From IMG/VR virus record IMGVR_UViG_3300020202_000007, positions 1 through 55,797 of that record: a stretch of DNA of 55,797 bases, one strand, 5' to 3'. Shown here in pieces: positions 9,659 to 18,900 of this stretch. Below the pieces are notes generated by a model. That model saw only the letters and a program-made list of their open reading frames with translations, was not told the origin of the DNA and did no database searches. The stretch is from a virus (taxonomy: Duplodnaviria > Caudoviricetes). Both the position numbers and the translations under genes were made by a program. Position 1 is the stretch's first letter; every line of letters begins with the position of its first letter.

Positions 9659-10054
9659 ATGACTCAGCAATTCGCGGGGTCGAAAACAAGGGGAACGACA
9701 ATGACAGCGACACTCGGGCCTTGTGAGGTAATCGGACAAATGGCAGTCGCAGACCTGGACCTGGAAGACTGCAAGCTCTTTGAGATCACGACGAAGCATG
9801 CGCCGTTTGCTGACTTCAGCACTGTTGGCTATGCCTTCGATGAAGCGGACGCCAAGCGTTTTGCTGCCTCTGGTGAAATGCTGGCGGCTCTCAAGCGGGC
9901 CGGCAAGGTGCTTTGGGAATACGTCTGCACACCCAACACGGTTGATATGTCGGTGTTCGCCGAAGTCGAGGCGGAAATTCGGGACTTGCTCGCCAACCTG
10001 GAAGGCATTGACCGGCACGATGAGATGCCGGCAATGCAGAATGAGTTGAGGTAG
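9659..10054 (+). CDS. IS passenger, hypothetical phage-like protein
   Basis: ORF inside the IRs; contains ADAKRFAASGEMLAALK. Confidence 0.6.
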   Translation: MTQQFAGSKTRGTTMTATLGPCEVIGQMAVADLDLEDCKLFEITTKHAPFADFSTVGYAFDEADAKRFAASGEMLAALKRAGKVLWEYVCTPNTVDMSVFAEVEAEIRDLLANLEGIDRHDEMPAMQNELR

Positions 10055-10057
10055 CCC

Positions 10058-11293
10058 ATGCAGACCGAAGATGTAGCGATTAACGCTGGCTTCTACGTGC
10101 CGCGAATTGCTGAGCAAGGTGGTATGTTCGTCATCGAGCAGACTGACTCGATGTACCGAACGTACTACTGGTCCGCGAAGCGTGGCGAGTGGTTCAGTAT
10201 GCGAGAAAGCCTCCGATATGTGTCGCATTTTCGCAGCCGTGAGGCCGCAGAGCTTGAACTGAAACGGATTCGACTCAAGCTGACGCCTGAGTACCCGAAA
10301 TCCAAACTCCGAAAGCTCCAAGCCATGACCGACACCCCGAAAACCCTGCTCGATGCCGTCCGCTACTACAGCGATCCGAAGGTTTGTTTCGAGACGATGC
10401 TGCGGGTCAAGTTCCCGGACGGCAAGATTAAGTGCCCCAAGTGCCAGAGCGAGGCGGTGGGCGTGATCCGCTCCCGGTCGATGCTGCAATGCAAGGCGAA
10501 GGAATGCCGCAAACAGTTCAGCGTCAAAGTCGGGACGATTTTCGAGGATAGCCCACTTGGACTCGACAAGTGGTTCGTGGCCGTATGGTGCATCGCGAAC
10601 ATGAAGAACGGCATCAGCAGCCTCGAACTGTCGCGGGCCTTGGGCGTGCGCCAGCCAACCGCTTGGTTCATGCTCCACCGCATCCGCTGCGCGATGAAAA
10701 CGCGGACCTTCCGCAAACTGAACGGCGAAGTCGAGAGCGACGAATCGTTCTTTGGCGGCAAGGCTGCCAACATGCACAAGCACCGTCGCGAAAAGCTCAT
10801 CAGGGGCCGTGGCAGCGTCGGCAAGGCGATTGTCCAGGGATTGCTGGAGAGAAGCCAAGGCGACGGGCCAAGCCAGTTCCGGGGCTTTGTGGTGCCTAAT
10901 ACGACTGAGGAAACGCTTTGCGTCAACGTGATGCGGAACGTCGAAATGGGCAGCCACGTTTACACGGACGCCGCCACGGCCTACGGCGCTCTGGCGCTCC
11001 GCTACTGGCACGCCAGCGTCGATCACCTGACCAAGTACGTTTCGGCCCGCGTCCACACGAACGGGCTGGAGAACTTCTGGAGCTTGCTCAAGCGGGCGAT
11101 TCGAGGCACCTACGTTGCCGTCGCCGCCTTCCACCTTGAGCGGTATCTGGACGAACAAGCGTTCCGGTTCAATAACCGGGATGTAGGCGATGGGTTGCGT
11201 TTTCAGCGCGTCTTGCGGGCAGTTGTCGGCAAGCGCCTCACCTATCGGATGCTCACCGCGCAAGGTGACGCCGGCTTTATGGGGATTCGATGA
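10058..11293 (+). CDS. IS1595-family (ISXO2-like) DDE transposase; core begins at ATG 10325
   Basis: Zinc ribbon CPKC...CKAKEC, FSVKVGTIFEDS, VESDESFFGG, VYTDA, HTNGLENFWSLLKR, YLDEQAFRFN. Confidence 0.95.
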   Translation: MQTEDVAINAGFYVPRIAEQGGMFVIEQTDSMYRTYYWSAKRGEWFSMRESLRYVSHFRSREAAELELKRIRLKLTPEYPKSKLRKLQAMTDTPKTLLDAVRYYSDPKVCFETMLRVKFPDGKIKCPKCQSEAVGVIRSRSMLQCKAKECRKQFSVKVGTIFEDSPLGLDKWFVAVWCIANMKNGISSLELSRALGVRQPTAWFMLHRIRCAMKTRTFRKLNGEVESDESFFGGKAANMHKHRREKLIRGRGSVGKAIVQGLLERSQGDGPSQFRGFVVPNTTEETLCVNVMRNVEMGSHVYTDAATAYGALALRYWHASVDHLTKYVSARVHTNGLENFWSLLKRAIRGTYVAVAAFHLERYLDEQAFRFNNRDVGDGLRFQRVLRAVVGKRLTYRMLTAQGDAGFMGIR

Positions 11294-11535
11294 TGGGCAT
11301 TCGTACGGCAGACAATGTGGCAACGCCAGAGCAGCTATGTGAGGCCGCTCGGCATTTGGCAAAGTCCGAAAAGGGCAGGGACGCTCTGCGGCGAGTCGTG
11401 GATTGGCTGGAAGCGTCCGGCCTGTCGCTCGACTACGTGAACCAGGACGCGATTCTGACGCTGCTTGACGCGGCCTGGAATGGCTACGCTGGCACTGTGC
11501 GCGAGGCAATGCACGAGGCTCTGGGCGATGGGTAA
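11290..11535 (+). CDS. IS passenger, hypothetical
   Basis: Coupled to the transposase stop; lies within the IRs. Confidence 0.6.
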   Translation: MMGIRTADNVATPEQLCEAARHLAKSEKGRDALRRVVDWLEASGLSLDYVNQDAILTLLDAAWNGYAGTVREAMHEALGDG

Positions 11536-11656
11536 TATCCGCATCCGCCCGTTGTTCGCATGGTACGACATTTGGGTCGGCGTTTTCATCGACACCGGTA
11601 AGCGGCGAGTTTACGTGCTGCCGCTGCCGTGCATCGGCGTCGTCATCAACTACTAA
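11528..11656 (+). CDS. IS passenger, small hydrophobic protein
   Basis: MGNIRIRPLFAWYDIWVGVFIDTGKRRVYVLPLPCIGVVINY. Confidence 0.55.
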   Translation: MGNIRIRPLFAWYDIWVGVFIDTGKRRVYVLPLPCIGVVINY

Positions 11657-11673
11657 CCAAAAGGGACTTTGTG

Positions 11674-11829
11674 ATGGTACGGAAGCCTGAGGGAGCGGAC
11701 GCAGCGGAGTCGCTGTTATCGAAACTGGTCCAAGTGCCGAAGACCGAACTGGACCGTGAGGTTGCGAAGGCCAAGGCCAAACGCAAGACGCCCAAAAAAT
11801 CAGCAAGTAAGCGTAAACGAAAGTCATAG
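11674..11829 (+). CDS. Small basic ORF at the IS right end
   Basis: LLSKLVQVPKTELDRE followed by a K/R tail; AGGGA RBS; ends 7 nt before the right IR. Confidence 0.6.
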   Translation: MVRKPEGADAAESLLSKLVQVPKTELDREVAKAKAKRKTPKKSASKRKRKS

Positions 11830-11880
11830 GTCACGTTGATGAGTCAACTGGATAGTTACCCAAACAAAAGGAGCTAGCGG

Positions 11881-12171
11881 ATGAGGACGAGTAAACGCAA
11901 GAAGTCCAAGCTGGTCGAGCATGACCCGGCGACCGGTTTTTGCGTCACGATTGGCGGCCACTTGCCGTATGTAGGAGAGTTCGAGCCAGCGCTGGGAAAT
12001 CCGAGCGCCGAGCAAAAACTGCAAGACAGGTGGCCAAGCGATGGGGTCACGACACGCAAGGTTGTTCGCGCGGTCGTGCTTACGAAACGCGATTACCGCC
12101 GATTGCTGAAGCTGGCCCAAGCCGCCCTCTCACCCCAGGAGCAAAGCCCGTGCATAAGACCATCGAAGTGA
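11881..12171 (+). CDS. Hypothetical protein
   Basis: AAGGAG RBS. Confidence 0.6.
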   Translation: MRTSKRKKSKLVEHDPATGFCVTIGGHLPYVGEFEPALGNPSAEQKLQDRWPSDGVTTRKVVRAVVLTKRDYRRLLKLAQAALSPQEQSPCIRPSK

Positions 12172-12356
12172 AACTGACCTGCGAGGTTCCAATGGCACCG
12201 AACTTCCTCAGGACCCCAGCCGGAACGGTGCCTCTGTGCGCCGTCACCGAGGACGCTTTAAGGACACTTGGGGCGATGTGGACTGAGGCGCTGATCGAGC
12301 GCGCCAGGAAGCAACGACAGGAGAAGCGCGAAAGGGATAGAAGCCATGAGCGATAG
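12150..12356 (+). CDS. Hypothetical protein
   Basis: GTG 12150 after AGGAG. Confidence 0.55.
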   Translation: MHKTIEVKLTCEVPMAPNFLRTPAGTVPLCAVTEDALRTLGAMWTEALIERARKQRQEKRERDRSHER

Positions 12357-12422
12357 TTCGTTGGGGCGAATGTATCTCGGCACGAATCAGGCGCTTAACG
12401 CCATGCAGAGGGAGAGCGGGAG

Positions 12423-12695
12423 TTGAACATTGCACTTGACTACGACGGGACGTACACGGCTGACAGCACGCTCTGGGACCGCTTTGTTGCTGACGCGAAG
12501 GAGCGCGGCCACAAGGTCTGGATTGTCACTTGCCGTCGCGACACTGACGAAAACCGCGAGGACATCGGCAGGCCCGCTGGGTGCTTAGTCCTGTTCACAA
12601 ACTTGTCCGCAAAGCGGTGGGCGCTTGAGCAACGAGGACTGCGAGTGGATGTCTGGATCGATGACGATCCAGACTGTGTGATGAGGGGCAAGTAG
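12423..12695 (+). CDS. Minimal HAD-superfamily phosphatase-like protein
   Basis: IALDYDGT (motif I), WIVTCR (II), K (III), WIDDDP (IV). Confidence 0.8.
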   Translation: MNIALDYDGTYTADSTLWDRFVADAKERGHKVWIVTCRRDTDENREDIGRPAGCLVLFTNLSAKRWALEQRGLRVDVWIDDDPDCVMRGK

Positions 12696-12741
12696 CCAGT
12701 TGGGCTGAGGGAACGAGGGATTTGGCAGGGAGGATTTCATA

Positions 12742-12945
12742 ATGGCAAACGGAAGCGACCGGGGACACAAGGCAGTCAGGCAGGCGGTGGCGAAAACAAA
12801 AGCCAGCGACTTGGTTGGCCGCAAGAAGCATGTGGGCGTTCGCTGCCCTCATTGCTACAGAATCAAGCGCCTTGAAATGCGCGAAGTGGATGGAGTCGTA
12901 AGGCTGTACGGGGCTTTTGACTTGACGAACCCCGCCGCCGGCTAA
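12742..12945 (+). CDS. Small basic protein with CPHC
   Basis: GGAGG RBS. Confidence 0.55.
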   Translation: MANGSDRGHKAVRQAVAKTKASDLVGRKKHVGVRCPHCYRIKRLEMREVDGVVRLYGAFDLTNPAAG

Positions 12946-13083
12946 TACATTGCGGTTGTTCAGTGCCCAGGCACTTACCTCCCTGGGGCGGCTTCGGGCC
13001 GCGTTTTACAGCCAACTAATGCTGTGAATCGCGCGCCATCTTTTGGGCCGCCGGCTCCCAGCAAAACATAGGGGAGCTATCGC

Positions 13084-13464
13084 GTGGCAAATTCTCAAGG
13101 CGTAGGTCATCACACCACCCTGCATTCGATGCAGGAAATCGCCGTTCAATATTCCGCGTTCTTGCGGAAGGTTCTCGAATTCGGCCCAAAAACGCCCGAG
13201 TTCACCAATCACCTGCAAGCCGGCGCGCTCGAATTCCGTGAGGCGTACGACATGGTGATTGAGCATTTCGGCGTGTCGGCGGCCCCGGTTGAAGTCAACT
13301 GGGAAGAGGTCGCCGCGATCAATGATGTTCAGACCATCGAACAACAGGTCGTCGAGAAGGTTGGCGTCTCTGCGGGCGTCGGCGGGCTGCGCGAGATTTT
13401 CGCGTTCCTCGTTCAGTCGGGGCTGCTCGAACTGATCACGAAAACTTGGTTCAAGACGACCTGA
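13084..13464 (+). CDS. Hypothetical protein with a hydrophobic C-terminus
   Basis: GGGGAG RBS; first gene of the protease cassette. Confidence 0.65.
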   Translation: MANSQGVGHHTTLHSMQEIAVQYSAFLRKVLEFGPKTPEFTNHLQAGALEFREAYDMVIEHFGVSAAPVEVNWEEVAAINDVQTIEQQVVEKVGVSAGVGGLREIFAFLVQSGLLELITKTWFKTT

Positions 13465-13503
13465 TTCACGGTCCCCGCAACCATCTCACGAAAGGGACCG
13501 CGC

Positions 13504-14220
13504 ATGATTCGTTCGCTCGTCATCGCCTTGCTATTGGCGGTTCCTGCGTTCGCGGCGCCGCCGGCCGTTGAGATCCCCGGTGAGGTCAAGCCATCGGGGC
13601 AGTATGTGACGCTTACGCCCAAGACTGAGGCGGCAGCTATCACGTACATCGGGCTATCCGGCATCGAGCCATTGCCGCCAGCCGTTCTCAAAGACCCGCG
13701 AATGTTTTTGCTCGACACGCGGGGGCTCGCTGTCGGCCGGTATCAATTCGTGGCTGTTGCCAGCCTCAAGGACGAGCACACCCGCGTTGACTTCTCGGTT
13801 GTCATTGGCACACCGCCACCGGGGCCGCCAGTAAACCCTCAGCCACCCGCACCTCCGCAGCCGCTGGCGGGGATGCGGGTACTAACGATTTGGGAGACGG
13901 ACAAGCCGTTGCCGCGCGATTACCAGAACGCGATAGCGTCTCAGGAGGTGGCGGCTTACCTCGACGTGAAGTGCTTGAAGGGGCCGGACGGCAAGACACC
14001 GGAGCGCCGGATATTCGACGAGGACTCATCGTTAGCCCAGCTCCCCAAGCCCTGGCAAGACCTGCGAGCCGCCCTACCTTCGGTCCTGCCCCTGTCCCCC
14101 GACGGATTCCAAGTGCCCCACGTAGCAATTGGGGCGGCGGATGGTTCCGTCGTAACTAGCGGGCCATATCCGCGTGCCGAAACAGAAGCCTTGGAGTTTT
14201 TCAAAAAGCATGGTGGATGA
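13504..14220 (+). CDS. Secreted protein with a signal peptide and Pro-rich linker
   Basis: MIRSLVIALLLAVPAFA| (AxA cleavage site); PPPGPPVNPQPPAPPQP. Confidence 0.8.
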   Translation: MIRSLVIALLLAVPAFAAPPAVEIPGEVKPSGQYVTLTPKTEAAAITYIGLSGIEPLPPAVLKDPRMFLLDTRGLAVGRYQFVAVASLKDEHTRVDFSVVIGTPPPGPPVNPQPPAPPQPLAGMRVLTIWETDKPLPRDYQNAIASQEVAAYLDVKCLKGPDGKTPERRIFDEDSSLAQLPKPWQDLRAALPSVLPLSPDGFQVPHVAIGAADGSVVTSGPYPRAETEALEFFKKHGG

Positions 14221-15061
14221 TCGAACCATCATCGAAGCCTTGCACAAGTACGGCTATCTGCATCAGGTGGCACGGACGGAGTTGCACCTGTTCACGATTG
14301 AAGATGCAGTTGTTAAAGAGGCGTTGCGGAAGTATCAGGATTTCTGCCACTACCCGCTCAACGCGATTGTGTGGCGACATCATCGGCGCGATCTAAATGC
14401 GGATGGTGAAGTAGGCCCTGCGACTCGCGAACTGTTTGCTAGGCCGCGATGTGAGATTCCCGACTTCGGCCCAGGCTCGGGCGTGAGCCTTCAAGGCAGC
14501 GGAAGCTGGCCAGCGTCGTGCCAAAAGAGTGGCATCAAAATGTTCGTGAGCATGGCTGGCTGCCCAGTGCGGGACGAGTGGCCGCAGATTCAGGCGGATG
14601 TTCTCGAAGCCTATCGGCTAATCGGACTCAAGGTGAACATCGTTGACTTGCAAGCCAAGGCCAACGTGCATGTTTACTTCCGCTCGTTCTTCGGCGGCAC
14701 GATCGGTTTGGCTGAGTTCAACGGCCAAAGTTGCTCGGACAAGGTGTTCTGCTCGATGAGCAGCAGCTACCGGGGGGAGAACCGCGGGCTGTTCAAGCAT
14801 GAGTTTGGCCACAACTGCAATCTTTCACACACACGCGGCGGGACGATGAACCCGTACATTCTCGACGAGACGCACCCGCGGGCGTTCTGGGAGTCGAGCG
14901 ACCCGAGTTATCGAACTCTGGTCCGATACTTCGACGGCGCGCCCGTTGGAGAGCCAGGGCCAGGACCGCAGCCGCATCCACCACCGCCGCCACCCGATGA
15001 ACCAGACGAGCCCTACGTGGGGCCAATCATCCGCTTCCTTCGCAAACTATTTGGATGGTAG
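14210..15061 (+). CDS. Matrixin (M10/MMP-like) zinc metallopeptidase with PG-binding-like prodomain and cysteine switch
   Basis: EALRKYQ...ADGEVGPAT, PRCEIPD (cysteine switch), HEFGHNCNLSH (HExxHxxxxxH), GTMNP Met-turn. Confidence 0.85.
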   Translation: MVDDRTIIEALHKYGYLHQVARTELHLFTIEDAVVKEALRKYQDFCHYPLNAIVWRHHRRDLNADGEVGPATRELFARPRCEIPDFGPGSGVSLQGSGSWPASCQKSGIKMFVSMAGCPVRDEWPQIQADVLEAYRLIGLKVNIVDLQAKANVHVYFRSFFGGTIGLAEFNGQSCSDKVFCSMSSSYRGENRGLFKHEFGHNCNLSHTRGGTMNPYILDETHPRAFWESSDPSYRTLVRYFDGAPVGEPGPGPQPHPPPPPPDEPDEPYVGPIIRFLRKLFGW

Positions 15062-15064
15062 CCC

Positions 15065-15961
15065 ATGCCATTTGTATCTGAACTAGCGCTGCGCCTGCCT
15101 GTCATGGACGACAGCAATTATCGGCAGTTCGCGATGCCGATGTCATCGACGGACGACGGGCATATTCAATCTCTGTCGGGTTACATTCCCCGCGACTTTG
15201 ACGCTGAGCCGATCGGTTCAGGTGTCGGCGCTGTGCTCGCAGACGAGGACGTTCTCCGGATGTACCCAGACGAGAAGGTATGGCGCGAGCGGTTCGAGGA
15301 ATTGGAGCGTAAGGGGCTGGACATCCCAACCGTTCTAAAGAAGTCGTTTCTCGCTGGCATCTGGCGCGGACTAAATCAAGACCCGACGAACTACTGCTGG
15401 ACGTATGGAACCGTTCACGCCTACATGGTTGAGCGGCTGTTGATGGGCGAGCCGTTCGTCCGCATGTCGCCCTATAGCGTGGCCTGCATCGTCAAGAACT
15501 TCTCGAACATCGGTGGCTGGGGGTCGCAGGCGCTGCAACAGATGGTCAAGGAAGGCGTAGCGTCGGAGGAGTTCTGGCCGCAAGAGAAGCCGGGCATGAG
15601 CAGCAGCGAGCGGCGCACGGCGAACATGAACGCCATCCGCAACGGCCGGCAATACTTGGCCGGAAGCCGCGCGAATGCGGCCATGCACAAGATCATTGAA
15701 TACAACGATTTGCCGTCGCGCAGCATCGCGCACAAAATGGCTTACCTCTGCGTGCCGCATCCAATCGCCAGCGGTTACAACCGCATCGGCCATGAACGAT
15801 GCACGGTTGCCGGCGTCGTTCTCTCTAACGGCGGTCTCGGTTTCGCGGACCTCGACTCTTACACCGACGATGGTTCCCCGGACATCAAGGTTGTCGCCAA
15901 CAGCTTCGGCGCTGGCGAGGACATGGTAATTCCGCGTGTTGGGATGCCATCGAACGTTTGA
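15065..15961 (+). CDS. Papain-like (C1) cysteine peptidase
   Basis: LNQDPTNYCWTY (oxyanion Gln and catalytic Cys-Trp), MSPYSV, NIGGWG, IGHE. Confidence 0.7.
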   Translation: MPFVSELALRLPVMDDSNYRQFAMPMSSTDDGHIQSLSGYIPRDFDAEPIGSGVGAVLADEDVLRMYPDEKVWRERFEELERKGLDIPTVLKKSFLAGIWRGLNQDPTNYCWTYGTVHAYMVERLLMGEPFVRMSPYSVACIVKNFSNIGGWGSQALQQMVKEGVASEEFWPQEKPGMSSSERRTANMNAIRNGRQYLAGSRANAAMHKIIEYNDLPSRSIAHKMAYLCVPHPIASGYNRIGHERCTVAGVVLSNGGLGFADLDSYTDDGSPDIKVVANSFGAGEDMVIPRVGMPSNV

Positions 15962-15975
15962 GGGCCGGACTGTCA

Positions 15976-18900
15976 CTACTCGTAAATCCGCTTCAGCGCC
16001 CGCAGCCTCGGGAAGTAGCCCTCCGTAATCCCGCCGCGCCGGCCCTTCTCGTCCGGCCGGCGGTAGTAGTCCTTCAGGAGTTCGCGTGCTTCCTCGAAGG
16101 AAACGCCCATCTCCTTCAGGTGTTCGCGGTTCTTGTCCCGCGTGACCATCTCCTGCTCGTCCTTGCCGCCGTATGTCGCGTTGTAAACGACCAGGCCGCG
16201 TTTCTCCTGCCGTCTCTGCTCGAACTGCTCGAGTTGTCCAGCGGTCAGGAACTCGCTGTAGGCTGGCTCGGGCGAGTCCCATGCCATTGCCTTCAGGTCT
16301 TTCGCGATTTGCGCCTGGCGTTCTTCCTCGTCGCCGGTCATGTACTCCGTCCTGGGGCCGTAGGTGCTCATGCCGACCCCCAGGATCGACAGGAGCGACA
16401 TGGCAGTGCCCTTGGGGAGCCCCTGGGCTCGCATCGTCGTCACGACGTCTTTCATTGACAGCGGGCTGACCATCGAACCGGCCAGCGACCACGTAGTCTC
16501 CTTCTGGCCGACAATGTTCGTCCAGTCGTCGGCGACAGTGGCGATGGCGCCGGGAACGGGGGCGAACTTCGTCCGGCCAAACCTTGCCAGAGCGGACATG
16601 CGGGTCTCTGGCTTGTATCCCTCGCCGAAATTCCTGATCTTGCCCGTGACGCTGCTCTTGCTTTGCCCAACCGTTAGACGCGAAGACAGTACGATGACCT
16701 GGGAGAGACCGGCCATGAAGTCGAGCCGGGTCTCGCCGATTCTGACCTTCAGGAAGTCCGAGGAGCGGGCGTCGGTCTCGATCTGAGGGCGGTCGTCATC
16801 GTCATCGTCGTAGAGGAGCTGCCCCAACAGCGCGAACAGCCCGAGCGCGGTCCCGATTCCCGCGGCGGTCCTGCCGTACTCCTGATAAATGGCCCGCTTC
16901 ACCCGCCAGCTCCCCTTCGTGAACGGCAGATAGAATGGCATAGCGAGGTACTGGAACCGGGAAGCCACGTACCGCGGGGCGAAGAACACCATGTTCAGCG
17001 TGGCCGCGGCACGGTTGAACATTTTCAGGTCAGCCCGGCCGGTGGCGACATTCACGAAGCTGGCAATCACCTTCGCCTCATCCATCGTGACTTTGCCGCC
17101 CCTGCCGAGATTCTGCACCATCGAATCGAACAGGTCGGCCCGCAACTTGTTGAGGATCATCGTGTAGAGCCGAGAGCTGACGGCGACCCCCGGAACCAGC
17201 TTCCCCCAACGGCCCTGGAACGCTTCCTCCTGCCTGGTAATCGCCTGGTCGGTGCTGGGCAGGTTCAGGCCAGCCTTCAGCCGGAATTCCCCCTCGGCCC
17301 CTTGGGTCAGCTTGTGCATAAAGCTGAACTCGGCCTGCCGGCTGTCGATCGTGCTCAGGAACTTACTGACGTTCTCGAGCGTGACGCCGCCCTGAAGGGC
17401 TTTGGCGTTGGCGGAATTGTAGGTGCTGGCGATGGAAACGACCGTCTCGACCAGTGCCCGCTTCGCCAGAACCGGATGCCCCATCGCCGCCAGGCCGCCT
17501 TGCCGCATGACCGCCGACAAGTCGAACGACGTCATCAGGGCACGCGACAGGTGGGCCGCTTCCATGATCTTGTCGGCAGTCCAGGCGATTCCCTTCAGGT
17601 GGGCCAGGTGGTAATCCGCGTACTTCTGAAGAACCTGATGCCGAATGTCCTCCATCTCCCGCTTGAGCTTGAGTTCTGAAGCCGACAGTTCCCGCGGACC
17701 CTTCTTCGGCTTGGGCGAAAAGTCCCCCTCGGCGAGAGTCTGCTGATAGTCGGCAATCCTCCGGCGCAGGGATGCTTCGTACACGCGCCGCGCGATCTCG
17801 GCGTCTGAAAGCGGAACCCTTCCCGTCGGCCTTCCGCCTTCCCCTTCCATTCGGTCTAATTCGAGCGCCTTGGCCGCTTCCCGCGCCGCCCGCAACTGTT
17901 GAAGCCTCGCGCGCCGGGCGTTCAGTTCTGGCGACGATAGCGTAGCTCGCCGCTCCTGGTCGAAGTCCCTGGTTTCCAGTTGCTTCTCCATCTGCTCGAT
18001 CGCCCTGTCCGCCGCCCGGATGGCGCTGGCGATTCGCTGAGCCTCTGTCATCGTCTTCTTCTTCGGCGGGAACATCTCCCGGTGAATATTCAGCAGGGCG
18101 TCACGTTCCGCTTCCAGGGCCGTAATTCGCTCGCTGGTGGGCCGCTCGCGATTCTCCCGGACGATACGTTCCCCGTGCTCGATCTCCCAGCGGAGGTCTT
18201 GAATCCGGTTCGTGAGCGACCGCTCGATCTGAGCGAGTGCCGTCTGGAGGAGCCCCGCCTTGCCCGCGGGGGTCGCGGGAATCGCCTTCTTCAGCTCGTT
18301 GTACTTCTGAGTCAGTTGCCGGATGGTATGACTGGGCCTGTCCCGGACCAGTCCGGTCGCTTCCACCAGCAGCTTCTCGTCGGCCAGGGCTTTGCCGATC
18401 TCCTCGTCGGTTTTTCCCTGGGCCCGCAGTTCGTCCACTCGCTGCATCGCCTTCTCGATCTGGTCGATCTGCGAGAGCTTCAGGATCTCCGCGTTCATCC
18501 CGCGAATCAGCTTTTCGATTTCGTCCTGCGACTGGGTTTGAAACTGCCCATACCGGGAGAGGGCGTCCATTGCCTGTCGGCGGGTAAGGTCGGGGAGTTC
18601 TTCCTTCAGGGCCTGATGAACCGTATCAATCACCTGCTCCCTGTCGGTCATCCCCAATTCCACGAGCGTCCTCTGAATCCTGCGGGCTTCCTTGGTGAGA
18701 GAAGCTCGGTCGGTCAGGTCCACTTCGGGAGCTTCGGACGTCTGGTCCCATGCCTGCCGGAATAGCTTCTCGTCGGCGTCGGGGATGTTCTGACGCACGG
18801 CCGCCATGAATTCCGCGAAGCGGACATATCCCAGTTCGACGTAAGCCTTGGCGACTTCCACCGCCGGGCCGAGAAGATGCGGGCCGGCGCCGGCCTGGGT

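Larger units (their letters stand above)
9552..11860 (+). mobile_element. IS1595-family element carrying passenger genes
   Basis: 24-bp terminal IRs: GGTAACTATCCCTTTCACTCATCA (9552-9575) and the reverse complement of 11837-11860, GGTAACTATCCAGTTGACTCATCA (21/24). AT-rich flanks AAATAAA / AAACAAA. Encodes a transposase. Confidence 0.9.

Noticed and set aside
9632-11827. 731-aa minus-strand ORF spanning the IS
   Set aside because: Antisense to a clear transposase and its passengers, with no motifs. Long shadow ORFs are common in high-GC DNA.
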